Of a stretch of DNA of 64,000 nt, positions 48,631-59,351 are shown piece after piece. Source of the stretch: Pseudomonadota bacterium (GTDB taxonomy: Bacteria > Bdellovibrionota > Bdellovibrionia > Bdellovibrionales > Bdellovibrionaceae); assembly GCA_041178425.1 (NCBI GenBank), contig JBEGVH010000014.1:103234-167233 (forward strand), read 5' to 3'. Every line of letters starts with the position of its first letter. Position 1 is the stretch's first letter. Made by a program: the position numbers and the translations under genes. The notes under the pieces were generated by a model, which worked only from the letters and a program-made list of their open reading frames with translations, was not told the origin of the DNA and made no database searches.

Positions 48631-49335
48631 TCAGAAATCCAAACCAATGCGGTCCCAACGAATCTCGGGTTTTCTATCACGTCCGAATTGAGACCAATTG
48701 AGAGAGAACCAAATACCTTTCATTTTGGCTTCGATGTGCGAAAGTGGAACCGAACCCCAATAACGCGAATCATCACTGGCATCTCTGTTGTCTCCGACTA
48801 CAAATATCTCCCCAGGTGGAACAACTAGGGGGCCAACATCTTTTAATTGTGAAGGCATTTGTGTAAACATCACCGAATACAACTTAGAGCCATTCGACTC
48901 GTTATAAAAACGCATAAATTCAGCTCCAGGCAAATTAGCAAAGCCCTCAGCACCCAAGACTTCTTGCGAAAACAGACGGTCATTGACTAAAATTTGTTGG
49001 CCGCGAATCAAAATATTATCGCCGGGAAGTCCAATCACCCGCTTAATATGAACGGTATTGGGCTGATCGGGATAACGAAATAGCACGAGATCTCCCTTTT
49101 CAGGAATTTTCTCAAAAATTCTCTTCGGCGAAAAGGGTAATCGTATTCCATAAGATGCCTTAGAGACCCATACAAAATCTCCGATACGAAGACTCGGAGC
49201 CATACTACTCGTTGAAACTCTATAGAATCCAACAAAAAAAATCCTGAGAAAGATAGCGACGCTAAAAGTAACAATCACTACTTCGAAAAAGTCTCGCCAT
49301 CGACGAACTTGAGACGTATTTTTTTTATCTTCCAT
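48631..49335 (-). CDS. lepB: Signal peptidase I (third tandem copy)
   Basis: STSSMAPSL (catalytic Ser), HIKRVIG (Lys), GDNRDASDDSRYWG. Confidence 0.9.
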   Translation of the reverse strand: MEDKKNTSQVRRWRDFFEVVIVTFSVAIFLRIFFVGFYRVSTSSMAPSLRIGDFVWVSKASYGIRLPFSPKRIFEKIPEKGDLVLFRYPDQPNTVHIKRVIGLPGDNILIRGQQILVNDRLFSQEVLGAEGFANLPGAEFMRFYNESNGSKLYSVMFTQMPSQLKDVGPLVVPPGEIFVVGDNRDASDDSRYWGSVPLSHIEAKMKGIWFSLNWSQFGRDRKPEIRWDRIGLDF

Positions 49336-49352
49336 GAATAAAAAACCCTATC

Positions 49353-50057
49353 CTAGTACACTGTGCTAAAAACTCGCTCCCAACGCACAGTCTTAGGATC
49401 ACAGATAAAGGGAGCCGCTGGCAACGTGTTTTCACAGCTCAACCAAATAGCCCCCGCTCGTCCGATCAGATTTTTTTCAGGAACAAAACCCCATACCCTG
49501 GAATCACTCGATTCATCGCGATTATCTCCAACGACAAAAAAATGGCCCATCGGAACTTGCACAAGAGCCCCTTCCAATCTCGCCCGAGCACTAAAAGAGC
49601 GCGTAACAAAATCCCGCTGTCCTAGTTTCTCTTTAAAATAATCAAAACTTTGGGATTCTTCTCCTAAAAATAAGGGCTTGGACGTTTCGAATCGAGCAAT
49701 CGGCTCCCCATTTCGAACTAATTGCCCTTCACGAACTTCAATGGTGTCTCCACCCACAGCCACCACCCGTTTAACAAAAAACGTATCGGGATCTTTGGGA
49801 TACCGAAATACAACTATTTCTCCAGGAAGTGGCTTACTCCAAAATGCCAACCATCGATCACTAAAAGGAATACGAAAGCCGTAGGCCCATTTATTAACGA
49901 GAATATGATCATGAATCAGCAAGGTCGGAATCATGCTCCCGCTAGGGATGACGTAGGGCTCGAAGAGAGCCCAACGAAAAAAGAAAATTAAGATTATTGG
50001 TGTGAAAAAAGTCAGTAATGATTTTTTCCAAGTCACTTTTTTGGACATTGCTATCAA
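49353..50057 (-). CDS. lepB: Signal peptidase I (second tandem copy)
   Basis: IPSGSMIPTL, FVKRVVA, GDNRDESSDSRVWG. Confidence 0.93.
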   Translation of the reverse strand: MIAMSKKVTWKKSLLTFFTPIILIFFFRWALFEPYVIPSGSMIPTLLIHDHILVNKWAYGFRIPFSDRWLAFWSKPLPGEIVVFRYPKDPDTFFVKRVVAVGGDTIEVREGQLVRNGEPIARFETSKPLFLGEESQSFDYFKEKLGQRDFVTRSFSARARLEGALVQVPMGHFFVVGDNRDESSDSRVWGFVPEKNLIGRAGAIWLSCENTLPAAPFICDPKTVRWERVFSTVY

Positions 50058-50902
50058 TGAACCGAGTGAAAAAAACGTCCCCAGCGAATGGTCAGAGGAT
50101 TACAGATCATCTTGTCTAGAAAACCAAAAACGGGAACAACATTAGATGGCATAAATGTTTCTTCGCATGAGAGCCAAACAAAGCCCGCACGACCAAGAAT
50201 ATTCTCTTTGGGAACAAAACCCCAAACTCGAGAATCCATAGAATTATTGCGATTATCACCCATTACAAAGAGACTATCGGGAGGCACAGTTACCGGACCA
50301 AAAGAATCCATCAAAGCCTCTCCACGCCTAAGAAGAACATTGTGCTCTACGTTTCCAGGGAGTGTTTCCATGAAGTGAACATAATTATCTTTTCTGTCAA
50401 AGTTGTTTCCATCGCGCTGAAAGTCTTCATCACGGAGCCAATCGAAATCATTGGGCGATGCCACAACCTTTTTCTCCATCGGTATTTCATTGATATAGAG
50501 AGTTCCATTTTCGACTCGTATTTTATCTCCGGGCTCTCCAACCACTCTTTTAATAAAAAAAGTGCTCATATCACGGGGGTACTTGAAAACAATGACCTCG
50601 CCTTTTTTCGGTTCCTGAAATTTGGCAAGCCACTTTTCACTGAAAGGCACACGCAGCCCATAAGCCAACTTATTCACAAAAATATGGTCGTTGATGAGAA
50701 GTGACGGCAACATGCTTCCGCTTGGAATAACATAAGCTTCTAGCAGTGCCCAACGTATAGTCAGGGCAACAAAGATAGCTAGAAAAATGGAGCCTAAACC
50801 TTCAGTCCAAAAATATTTCGAGGTGACATCCCATGCTTCATTAGCCACAGACTCTTCGGCACCTGTTTTTTGAGATTCCTGGTCTTTTTGATTATCTGAC
50901 AT
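50054..50902 (-). CDS. lepB: Signal peptidase I (first tandem copy)
   Basis: IPSGSMLPSL, FIKRVVG, GDNRNNSMDSRVWG; directly follows lepA. Confidence 0.95.
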   Translation of the reverse strand: MSDNQKDQESQKTGAEESVANEAWDVTSKYFWTEGLGSIFLAIFVALTIRWALLEAYVIPSGSMLPSLLINDHIFVNKLAYGLRVPFSEKWLAKFQEPKKGEVIVFKYPRDMSTFFIKRVVGEPGDKIRVENGTLYINEIPMEKKVVASPNDFDWLRDEDFQRDGNNFDRKDNYVHFMETLPGNVEHNVLLRRGEALMDSFGPVTVPPDSLFVMGDNRNNSMDSRVWGFVPKENILGRAGFVWLSCEETFMPSNVVPVFGFLDKMICNPLTIRWGRFFHSVH

Positions 50903-52702
50903 TTAATCCTCCACCTTCAAAACAGCCAAGAACGCTTCTTGCGGCACTTCTACCGTTCCAATCTGTTTCATACGCTTTTTACCCTCTTTTTGACGCTCCA
51001 AAAGTTTTCGCTTTCGGCTAATATCACCGCCATAACATTTAGCGGTAACATCTTTTCTCAGTGCTCCTAATGTTTCACGAGCCACGATTTTAGCACCAAT
51101 CGCTGCCTGAATGGCAATTTGGAACTGCTGCCTTGGAATCAACTCTTTCATTTTCTCACAAAGCGAGCGACCTCGAGCCTGAGATTTTGATCGATGGACA
51201 ATAAAAGAGAGCGCATCAACCGCATCGCCATTAATTAAAATATCTAACTTAACAAGGTCTGCCTCTTGGTAATCTAGCAATTCATACTCAAGGGAGGCAT
51301 AACCTTTAGAAATAGATTTTAAACGGTCGTAAAAATCCATGACCACTTCATTCATTGGCAATTTGTACTCGAGAATAATTTTTTTCTCGGTCAAATAATC
51401 CATTTTCAACTGAGTTCCACGCTTGTCTTCACAAAGCTTGATCAAAGAGCCCAAGAAGTCAGTGGGCGTATGAATGGTGACTTTAACCATTGGCTCTTCA
51501 ATTTTTTCGATCTTGGTCTCATTAGGTAGCTGAGATGGATTCTCCAACTCTTTCATGGTTCCATCTAGCATATAGACACGGTAAACAACGGTTGGCGCGG
51601 TTGTGATAAGGCTCAGGTTAAACTCTCGTTCTAACCGTTCCTGAACAATCTCCATGTGAAGAAGACCCAAAAACCCACAACGAAATCCAAAACCAAGTGC
51701 ATCTGATTTTTCTGTTTCGAAAACTAAGCTGGAGTCATTAAGTACTAATTTTTCGAGGGCATCTTTTAGATTTTCAAAATCTGGAGCTTGGGTAGGAAAA
51801 ATTCCCGAAAATACCATTGGCTGAACACGCTTAAAACCAGCGAGAGGCTCGAGCGCCGGCTTTCGAACACTCGTAACGGTATCGCCCACTTTAACATCGC
51901 GAATGTCTTTAATTCCGCAAATGATAAAGCCCACTTCACCAGCTTCGAGAGCACTGCAAGGATTAGGAAATGGCTCGTATTTACCCATTTTTAAAACTTC
52001 GTAGTCACGGCCAGTCGCCATAAATCGGATTTTATCCCCCAACTTAACGGCACCATCCATCATTCGCACCAGAACTACGACCCCTTGGTAGGAATCAAAC
52101 CAAGAATCAAAAATCAGAGCTCGCAAAGGTTGATTACGATCGGCCTTTGGTGGCGGTACTCGCTCCACCACCGCATCCAGAATTTCCGCGATTCCAATCT
52201 TTTCTTTGGCGCTCGCCATGATAATTCCTGTGCAGTCTAATCCAATCGAATCTTCAATCTGCTTTCGAACTCCCTCAGGGTCAGCAGACGGCAAATCAAT
52301 TTTATTGAGAACAGGAATAATCTCTAGATTGTTCTCAATCGCCAGATACACATTGGCCAGCGTTTGCGCTTCAACCCCTTGGGCCGCATCAACAACAAGA
52401 ATGGCCCCTTCGCAGGCCGCTAAACTTCGAGAGACTTCGTAGCTAAAATCGACATGGCCGGGAGTATCGATGAGGTTAATTTGATACTCTTCTCCATCTT
52501 TGGCTTTCCACTTTAAACAAACAGTTTGAGCCTTGATGGTAATTCCACGCTCCCTCTCGAGATCCATGTTATCGAGGAATTGCGCTTTTGCCTCCCGTTG
52601 GGATAAGGATCCGGTCACATTTAAAAGCGCATCAGCCAAGGTCGATTTACCATGGTCAATATGCGCGATGATTGAAAAATTTCGGATACGCTTAGGATCC
52701 AC
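50903..52702 (-). CDS. lepA: Elongation factor 4 (LepA)
   Basis: [50 protein letters not shown]. Confidence 0.99.
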   Translation of the reverse strand: MDPKRIRNFSIIAHIDHGKSTLADALLNVTGSLSQREAKAQFLDNMDLERERGITIKAQTVCLKWKAKDGEEYQINLIDTPGHVDFSYEVSRSLAACEGAILVVDAAQGVEAQTLANVYLAIENNLEIIPVLNKIDLPSADPEGVRKQIEDSIGLDCTGIIMASAKEKIGIAEILDAVVERVPPPKADRNQPLRALIFDSWFDSYQGVVVLVRMMDGAVKLGDKIRFMATGRDYEVLKMGKYEPFPNPCSALEAGEVGFIICGIKDIRDVKVGDTVTSVRKPALEPLAGFKRVQPMVFSGIFPTQAPDFENLKDALEKLVLNDSSLVFETEKSDALGFGFRCGFLGLLHMEIVQERLEREFNLSLITTAPTVVYRVYMLDGTMKELENPSQLPNETKIEKIEEPMVKVTIHTPTDFLGSLIKLCEDKRGTQLKMDYLTEKKIILEYKLPMNEVVMDFYDRLKSISKGYASLEYELLDYQEADLVKLDILINGDAVDALSFIVHRSKSQARGRSLCEKMKELIPRQQFQIAIQAAIGAKIVARETLGALRKDVTAKCYGGDISRKRKLLERQKEGKKRMKQIGTVEVPQEAFLAVLKVED

Positions 52703-52727
52703 GCCTGATTCCTTCTTTATTGAGATC

Positions 52728-53888
52728 TTATAATTGCTTCAATGTTTGCACGACGGACTTTAGTTCGTCCACCTTATTCAATTTTTCCCACGGGAAGAGG
52801 TCTCTTCCGAAGTGTCCATAGGTCGCCGACGCTTGATAAATAGGCTTTAAGAGATCGAGATCCTTAATAATAGCAGCTGGTTTCAAGCTCCAAACCTTTT
52901 TAACAGCGTGCTCAAGCACTTCTGCCCCCACTTTGCTGGTTCCGTAATCGTTTACATTTATACTCACTGGCTCAGCTACGCCAATCGCGTAGGCCACCTG
53001 CACAAGGCACTTTTCTGCTAAGCCCGCCGCAACTATATTTTTAGCGACATGCCGGCAAGCATAGGCTGCTGATCGATCCACCTTTGAGGGATCTTTTCCC
53101 GAAAACGCGCCCCCACCGTGAGCACCATGCCCACCATAAGTATCAACGATGATCTTACGGCCTGTGAGGCCCGCATCACCCATCGGTCCACCTACAACAA
53201 AACGCCCGGTTGGGTTCACAAGAATCTTAGTTTTTGAGTCGATCCATTCAGGTAGAATTGTTTTTTTAATAAGCTGTTCGCGCACCAACTCCTCAATTTG
53301 CGACTGGGCCACATCTTCAGAGTGCTGGGTCGATAGAACGATCGTATCAATTCTCTTAGGTTTCCCATTCTCATACTGAACAGTCACCTGCGATTTGCTA
53401 TCGGGGCGAAGCCATTCAACACCTGTTTTTCTCATTTTTGCTAGTTCAATTAGAAGTTTGTGTGAAAGCGACAAACTGAGCGGCATTAACTCTGGCGTTT
53501 CATTCACGGCGTAACCAAACATTAAACCTTGATCTCCAGCGCCCTGCTCTTTGTTTTCGCTTGTGTTTACGCCCATCGCGATATCAGGACTCTGCTTGCC
53601 TACGGCAACCATGACTCCACATGTCTTATAATCAAAGCCTTTGTCAGTATGATCGTAGCCAATTTGCTTGATCGTTTCTCTTGTTATTTCTGCAATATTA
53701 ATATTTGCGCTCGTCGTGATTTCTCCAGCCACAACCACAAGGCCTGTCGTTAGAAGAGTTTCACAGGCAACACGCCCTCTGGGGTCTTGAGCAAGAATGG
53801 CATCGAGAACAGCATCACTGATTTGATCTGCCATTTTATCGGGATGCCCCTCTGACACTGACTCGCTTGTGAATAAGTAATTTTTCAT
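52728..53888 (-). CDS. metK: S-adenosylmethionine synthetase
   Basis: [41 protein letters not shown]. Confidence 0.99.
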   Translation of the reverse strand: MKNYLFTSESVSEGHPDKMADQISDAVLDAILAQDPRGRVACETLLTTGLVVVAGEITTSANINIAEITRETIKQIGYDHTDKGFDYKTCGVMVAVGKQSPDIAMGVNTSENKEQGAGDQGLMFGYAVNETPELMPLSLSLSHKLLIELAKMRKTGVEWLRPDSKSQVTVQYENGKPKRIDTIVLSTQHSEDVAQSQIEELVREQLIKKTILPEWIDSKTKILVNPTGRFVVGGPMGDAGLTGRKIIVDTYGGHGAHGGGAFSGKDPSKVDRSAAYACRHVAKNIVAAGLAEKCLVQVAYAIGVAEPVSINVNDYGTSKVGAEVLEHAVKKVWSLKPAAIIKDLDLLKPIYQASATYGHFGRDLFPWEKLNKVDELKSVVQTLKQL

Positions 53889-54012
53889 TTATGCCCCTCG
53901 TCTCTTGTTGTTTGCGTTTAAGACCAATTAGAAGGCTTTGGCCAGCCCCCCTGAAGCTTAAAAAATAGGCTCTTTACTTTATTAGTCTTTAGCTCTTTGG
54001 AGTTAAACGGAA

Positions 54013-54041
54013 TTGGTAACAAAGGGAACGTAAAGGGTCAA
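54013..54041 (-). promoter_or_regulatory. Putative sigma70 promoter for the metK operon
   Basis: Minus strand TTGACC-N17-TACCAA with TG just upstream of the -10. Confidence 0.45.
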
Positions 54042-54076
54042 AATTTTTCGTAGATTTTTGGGTGGGACATAAAGTT

Positions 54077-54125
54077 AAAAGGGAAGACAAGGGCCCGTTC
54101 CAACTCTTCATCAGAACGAGGCCCT
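54077..54125 (-). terminator. Probable terminator of hpf
   Basis: Minus strand AGGGCC-T-CGTTC...GAACG-GGCCCT stem followed by TGTCTTCCCTTTT. Confidence 0.5.
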
Positions 54126-54139
54126 CAATAAAATTTAAA

Positions 54140-54529
54140 TTAAGCGGCTTTACGACTTCCTTTCCAATAATGACTGTAGTCGGTACCTAAACCCTCATCT
54201 AAAAGATCCATTCTCCCCTCTTTGGAGAGCGTATAATGTTTGTGGTTCTTTATCTTCTTACGACGCTTTTCAAACTGTCTTTCGAGCTTGTCCTGCACCA
54301 GATCAATAGCAGCATACAAATTTTCACAAGTTGCGCTCGCTTTATAGTAGGCCCCTCCAGCTCCTCTTATTGCAATAGCGATCGAAAACTCGTGTCCCCG
54401 CTTTCCAAAACTCACATGAACAGTTCCGTGGCTAAAAAGATAACGCATCGAGTGACCGATCTTATCTTCAACCGCCTGCACTACAAAATCGGAATGGGGA
54501 ATTTGATGAAACGAATATTTAAATTCCAT
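54140..54529 (-). CDS. hpf: Ribosome hibernation factor HPF/RaiA family
   Basis: Short HPF-like fold with NLYAAIDLVQDKLERQFEKRRKKIK; AAGGAG RBS. Confidence 0.85.
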   Translation of the reverse strand: MEFKYSFHQIPHSDFVVQAVEDKIGHSMRYLFSHGTVHVSFGKRGHEFSIAIAIRGAGGAYYKASATCENLYAAIDLVQDKLERQFEKRRKKIKNHKHYTLSKEGRMDLLDEGLGTDYSHYWKGSRKAA

Positions 54530-54553
54530 GGACTCTCCTTTGGTCGTACTGAC

Positions 54554-54581
54554 CTATCGGCTAGTCTCCGTTAAAAATTTA
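54554..54581 (-). promoter_or_regulatory. Putative sigma28 (FliA) promoter of hpf
   Basis: Minus strand TAAA-N16-GCCGATAG, 25 nt upstream of the ATG. Confidence 0.6.
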
Positions 54582-54686
54582 GGATCTAAAGGATGGAAAT
54601 TTAAAAAAATCTGACCTTTAAAATTGTTCAAAACTGAAGCGATCAGCGCTCAAAGCCAAATCGTTTCTGTTCCATTTTGAGATGCC

Positions 54687-55355
54687 TTAAGACACCCTTT
54701 TTGACTGCTTCTCGAAGGCCTTCCGGTATTGGGTTTGCTTCATTTTTACCAGAAGATTTTCCTCTTGGAGTAATTCTGTTAATCGCTCATCTAGTTGTTC
54801 CAAAAGCTGGTCTACAGCGACCTTCGCATGCCCCTCATGAATAACAAAAATTTTATCCAAAATAGATGGTGCGACAAATTGAGACACTGAAAGTCGAACT
54901 CCAGAAATGATTTCTTTAGTCTGCGATAGCATTTCCTTAATTTGCTGACGAACTCTCTTAAGTTCCCAATCCGTCACACTCTCAGAAACTGCTGTTCTGA
55001 GGTACTCGAGGTCGATCGGCTTTTCGAGAAGGTGCAACACGCCCAGTTCCATGGCTGTGATAGCATCCTCTTTATCCAGATAACCCGAGAACATGACGGT
55101 AGGAATCTGATGACCCCATTCATTAAGTTGTCGAAGAACTTCTAAACCCGTTAGTCCGGGCATTTTCAGATCGATCACCAAGACAGCAGGCTTTAACGAA
55201 TCAGCCCTGATCGCATCCAAAAACTGTTTTGGGTGATTAAATTGAATAGTTTCAAAATCAGCCTCTAGATCATCGGCAAGGATTTGAGTGATCTCAGTTT
55301 CGTCATCGACAAGGGCAACCAAGGGTCGCTCTAGATTTTTTGATGGCTTTTGCAT
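54687..55355 (-). CDS. Orphan response regulator (REC plus coiled-coil output)
   Basis: LVDDE, IDLKMPGLTG, FSG, LEKP; no HTH recognised. Confidence 0.88.
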   Translation of the reverse strand: MQKPSKNLERPLVALVDDETEITQILADDLEADFETIQFNHPKQFLDAIRADSLKPAVLVIDLKMPGLTGLEVLRQLNEWGHQIPTVMFSGYLDKEDAITAMELGVLHLLEKPIDLEYLRTAVSESVTDWELKRVRQQIKEMLSQTKEIISGVRLSVSQFVAPSILDKIFVIHEGHAKVAVDQLLEQLDERLTELLQEENLLVKMKQTQYRKAFEKQSKRVS

Positions 55356-55610
55356 GGCTAATCCTTCGTTTTAATTAACTATTTATGGGCATCGAAACTG
55401 AATATTTTTCAGACTTTACCACTCTCTTTCCCCATTTTAATGGCAAGCAAAACATCGGACGAGCTTTAAATTCATGGTTACACTTTGGTCTAGTAAAACC
55501 AGAGAGCTAAATCGACACATCCCCGTCAAACCCACTTGCTTAGCCTCAGATTCAATGCCACTATCCGCTCCGAAAAATCCTTTAAATTCTTTGAGAATAA
55601 GGAAACGACG

Positions 55611-56918
55611 ATGAAAACATTATTAATTAGCATTGGCCTCAGTCTTTTTAGCCTTTTTGCTTTTGGTCAGGATCGTTACACCGAAACACTAAGAAGCTCC
55701 TATACTGGAATCCTTAAAAACTTGAACCACCCTAACATTACTCCAGGGGCTGTGATTGCCTCTCCATCGCAACAAAACCCAAACTATTTTTACCACTGGG
55801 TGCGAGATGCAGGCCTAACCATGATGGAGCTTGTGGAGCTCTACAAACTACCTCTTAGGCCTGAGAGAAAACAAATTTTCGAGCACCATATTAAAAACTG
55901 GATAAGCTTTGAGATGCGCAACCAGCACACAGCGATTGCACGTTCAAATTTAGGGGAGCCTATTTTTACAGTCGGTGGCGATATTTATCCTTTTCCTTGG
56001 GGCCGCCCTCAAAGTGACGGCCCAGCCATCCGTGCCCTTGCTATGATCAATTATGCCGAAGCCCTCATCAGTGAAGGTCGCCTCAGTGAGGTAAACAAGC
56101 TTTATAGAGCTGAACTTCCTACGACATCCCCAATAAAAAGAGACCTAGAGTATATTTCTCATCACTGGCAAGAACAGAGCTTTGACTTATGGGAAGAGGT
56201 TAAAGGACTTCATTTTTTCACCAGAATGGCTCAACGCTCGGCCCTCATCCGAGGGGCTCAGCTCGCTGAAAAACTAAAAGACCCCAAAGCGGCTCACTTT
56301 TACATTATCAATGCTCGCGAGCTCGAAAAACACTTATTGAAGCATCGCAGTGAGGCACGGGGCTACATTGTGCCAACCATTCACCAAACAGATGGATGGC
56401 AGCATAAAAAGTCTGAGATTGATATTTCAGTTCTCCTCGGTGTCATCTACTTTTCCTTGAATGATGGATTCTTTGATCTAAATGATCCTTGGGTGCTTGC
56501 CACTGCAAAAACGATCGAATCAACATTTGCATCACTTTATAAAATTAATCAGTACATTGACCTTGCCCCCGCCATCGGCCGTTACCCAGAAGATGTTTAC
56601 ACAGGGAGTGGCTTTGGTGAGGGAAATCCTTGGTTCTTGGCAACAAATGCCTTCGCCGAATACTATTGCCAACTTTCAAAAACAAATACAGAGGTCAGAG
56701 AATCAAAACAGCTTCGCGATCGCGGGCTATCATTCATGACTCGCACGATTTTTCATTCTGATGCCGGCGGCAGAATGCCCGAACAGTTTAATCGTGATCA
56801 CGGCTTCACTCAGGGGGCAAAAGACCTCACTTGGAGCTACACCAGCTACGTTCGAGCTTACAGAAGATGTGATTCGAACAGTGGGTTCATGGCTGCTGAA
56901 CAAATCGATTTAAACTAG
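55611..56918 (+). CDS. Secreted glucoamylase, glycoside hydrolase family 15
   Basis: Signal peptide from ATG 55611 (ORF track starts at 55536); YHWVRDA, WGRPQSDGPA, FDLWEE, IGRYPEDVY, GNPWFLAT, PEQF, DLTWSY. Confidence 0.95.
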   Translation: MKTLLISIGLSLFSLFAFGQDRYTETLRSSYTGILKNLNHPNITPGAVIASPSQQNPNYFYHWVRDAGLTMMELVELYKLPLRPERKQIFEHHIKNWISFEMRNQHTAIARSNLGEPIFTVGGDIYPFPWGRPQSDGPAIRALAMINYAEALISEGRLSEVNKLYRAELPTTSPIKRDLEYISHHWQEQSFDLWEEVKGLHFFTRMAQRSALIRGAQLAEKLKDPKAAHFYIINARELEKHLLKHRSEARGYIVPTIHQTDGWQHKKSEIDISVLLGVIYFSLNDGFFDLNDPWVLATAKTIESTFASLYKINQYIDLAPAIGRYPEDVYTGSGFGEGNPWFLATNAFAEYYCQLSKTNTEVRESKQLRDRGLSFMTRTIFHSDAGGRMPEQFNRDHGFTQGAKDLTWSYTSYVRAYRRCDSNSGFMAAEQIDLN

Positions 56919-56965
56919 TTAATGTATTCGTAAACGGATTATTAAATCACTCCAAACCCTTACTC

Positions 56966-57018
56966 ACAATTCGTCAATTGTATTGCCCGCTTGACAACCT
57001 GGGCACTAAAAATGCAAT
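56966..57018 (+). promoter_or_regulatory. Palindrome plus putative sigma70 promoter upstream of ptsG
   Basis: ACAATT-CGTC-AATTGT (56966-56981), then TTGACA-N16-TGCAAT. Confidence 0.45.
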
Positions 57019-57056
57019 TCAATGAACCTCAAGGTTCAAAAAGAAGAAGGGTTTCT

Positions 57057-59069
57057 ATGAAGTGGATAAATTTTAGTCAGTTACAAAAACTCGGACAATC
57101 CTTAATGGTACCCGTCTCTGTCCTCCCAGGAGCGGGCCTTGTTGTGGCCCTAGGACGAATGCTTCAGCTGGCGTCGATGCAAGACACCTTGGTCGTTCAT
57201 CCAACGATTCATGCCATTGGTGAGATTCTCTACTCTTCGGGGCTTGCAATATTTGAGCAACTGCCAGTCATTTTCGCTATCGGTGTGGCCATTGGCTTTT
57301 CGGGTGGTGCAGGTATTGCGGGCCTATCTGCGGCGGCAGCCTATTTCACTCTCACTAATTTATTAAAGGTTATGACCGACGTTCGCGGCCTGACTCTCGC
57401 CATTAATACAGGTGTTTTTGGTGGAATTATCGCAGGTCTCCTCGCCGCCACTATGTACAAACGATATCATGAGACACGACTTCATCCGGTTTTGGGTTTT
57501 TTCTCCGGAAAACGCCTCGTGCCCATCATGTCAGTGTTCTTTATTGTCTTTATTGGCTTGATACTTTCCTACGTATGGCCTCCCATTCAATCGGCCATCA
57601 ACGCCTTTGGGGCAACCGTCACAACCTCCTCATTTGGGCCAGCTCTCTATGCTGCCGGCAAACGCCTTTTAATTCCACTCGGTCTTCACCACGTTTATTA
57701 CCCTTCATTTCTCTATGAATTTGGCGAGTTTACAACGACCGCTGGCAAGATACTTAAGGGTGATTCAGCTCGCTACTTTGGTGGCGACCCCTCTGCTGGA
57801 TTATTTATGGCGTCTGAGTATCCACTTATGCTTTTTGGTTTACCCGCGGCAGCTATAGCAATGATTCTTAGAGCAAAGCCCGAGAAGCGCCAGGCCGTGG
57901 CAGGGGTTATGATTTCGGCAGCGCTCACATCCATCGTCACTGGAATTACTGAACCGATTGAGTTTGCATTTATCTTCGTAGCACCGATATTATTTGTTAT
58001 TCACGTGGCTTTCGCCTTTTTATCGGGGCTCCTAACGCATTTTGTAGACATGCATTTGGGATATACCTTTTCTGCGTCTATTATAGATTTTGTTGTGGGA
58101 TACTTTAATCAAAAGAATGCCCTGCAGCTCTGGCTGGTAGTAGGCCCCATCATGGCCGCACTGTACTTTAGCGCTTTTTACTTTTTGATTCCTGCTCTTG
58201 GTTATAAAACGCCAGGTCGAGAGGATGAAGACCTTAGCAACGGAAGTGAAAGTACTCCCACTAATCTCACTCGTTCCGAAAAGGCCAATAAAATTCTCTT
58301 GGCTCTCGGTGGCGGAGACAACCTAAAGGCTCTCGATGCCTGCATTACTCGCTTGAGGCTAACAGTTAACGACATCAATCATGTCAATGAGGCCAATCTC
58401 AAGGCCTTGGGGGCCGCAGGAATTATGAAAGCCTCAGGTGGTAATCTGCAAGTTATCTTCGGCACAGAATCAGATCTTCTAAAAGAAGAAATGAAACGAA
58501 TCATTGCCGGGGGTAAAGTGATCGAAGCCAATGCTCAGCAAGCCAACGGCCCAATGGCTCCCCCCCTACAACAAACCCCAGCCGCGAATACTAATATAAT
58601 TGAGAGTTCAGCCTCCTCCATAGTTATTGGCTCTCCAATGGTTGGTAAATTAATACCTCTAACTGAAGTCCCTGACGCTACCTTTGCCCAAGGAATAATC
58701 GGACCCGGCGTTGGAATTGAGCCCACCGGAAATACAGTTGTTGCTCCCTTTGATGGAACTGTTGTAAACCTTTTCCACACTAAACATGCTATTGGTTTAG
58801 AGAGCGATCAAGGGATCGAAGTTTTGATTCATATTGGAATTGACACAGTTAAGCTTCAGGGGCGAGGATTTGAAGCCTTTGTAAAACAAGGCGACCAGAT
58901 CAAAGCGGGTCAAAAGTTAATTGAGTTTGACTTAGATTTAGTTCGTAGAGAGGCTAAATCGATTATCACACCAGTTATTGTGACTAACGGAGATCAATTT
59001 AAGTCTCTTAAACCAGAATCGGCACAAACTTTAAACCATCTTGACAAGATGGTCACGATTGAAAAGTGA
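57057..59069 (+). CDS. ptsG: PTS glucose-family EIICBA
   Basis: LQKLGQSLMVPV, GVFGGII, FFSGKRLVP, GLHH, GITEPIEF; EIIB DACITRLR; EIIA TKHA, LIHIGIDTV. Glucose vs GlcNAc specificity is not certain; the adjacent glucoamylase favours glucose. Confidence 0.9.
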   Translation: MKWINFSQLQKLGQSLMVPVSVLPGAGLVVALGRMLQLASMQDTLVVHPTIHAIGEILYSSGLAIFEQLPVIFAIGVAIGFSGGAGIAGLSAAAAYFTLTNLLKVMTDVRGLTLAINTGVFGGIIAGLLAATMYKRYHETRLHPVLGFFSGKRLVPIMSVFFIVFIGLILSYVWPPIQSAINAFGATVTTSSFGPALYAAGKRLLIPLGLHHVYYPSFLYEFGEFTTTAGKILKGDSARYFGGDPSAGLFMASEYPLMLFGLPAAAIAMILRAKPEKRQAVAGVMISAALTSIVTGITEPIEFAFIFVAPILFVIHVAFAFLSGLLTHFVDMHLGYTFSASIIDFVVGYFNQKNALQLWLVVGPIMAALYFSAFYFLIPALGYKTPGREDEDLSNGSESTPTNLTRSEKANKILLALGGGDNLKALDACITRLRLTVNDINHVNEANLKALGAAGIMKASGGNLQVIFGTESDLLKEEMKRIIAGGKVIEANAQQANGPMAPPLQQTPAANTNIIESSASSIVIGSPMVGKLIPLTEVPDATFAQGIIGPGVGIEPTGNTVVAPFDGTVVNLFHTKHAIGLESDQGIEVLIHIGIDTVKLQGRGFEAFVKQGDQIKAGQKLIEFDLDLVRREAKSIITPVIVTNGDQFKSLKPESAQTLNHLDKMVTIEK

Positions 59070-59076
59070 AGGATAT

Positions 59077-59346
59077 ATGGCAACTATTGAAACGACCGTA
59101 ACGCTCTTAACAGAAGATGGCCTCCACGCCCGCCCTGCGGGATTATTAGTGAAGGTGGCGGGTCAATTCCAATCCAAAGTTGAACTATCAGCCAACGGAA
59201 TGACCAAAAACGCAAAATCCATAATGAGTTTGATGAGCATGGGTTTAAAAGGTGGCGAAGAGATTCTTCTTAAGGCAGATGGTGAAGATGCTGCTACGGC
59301 CATAGATACCTTAAAAAAACTATTTGAATCGCGATTTCAGGAATAG
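59077..59346 (+). CDS. ptsH: Phosphocarrier protein HPr
   Basis: GLHARPA (His15), NAKSIM (Ser46 region). Confidence 0.97.
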   Translation: MATIETTVTLLTEDGLHARPAGLLVKVAGQFQSKVELSANGMTKNAKSIMSLMSMGLKGGEEILLKADGEDAATAIDTLKKLFESRFQE

Positions 59347-59351
59347 GCTCC

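Noticed and set aside
53892..54008. Canonical SAM-I riboswitch upstream of metK
   Set aside because: Core conserved elements are absent; kept only as a low-confidence structured leader
54090..54125. CTGATGA on the minus strand suggesting a hammerhead ribozyme
   Set aside because: No stem II followed by GAAA; the word lies in the loop of a terminator-like hairpin
56919..57056. BglG/GlcT-type RAT antiterminator in the ptsG leader
   Set aside because: No RAT-like sequence or overlapping terminator seen, and no antiterminator gene nearby
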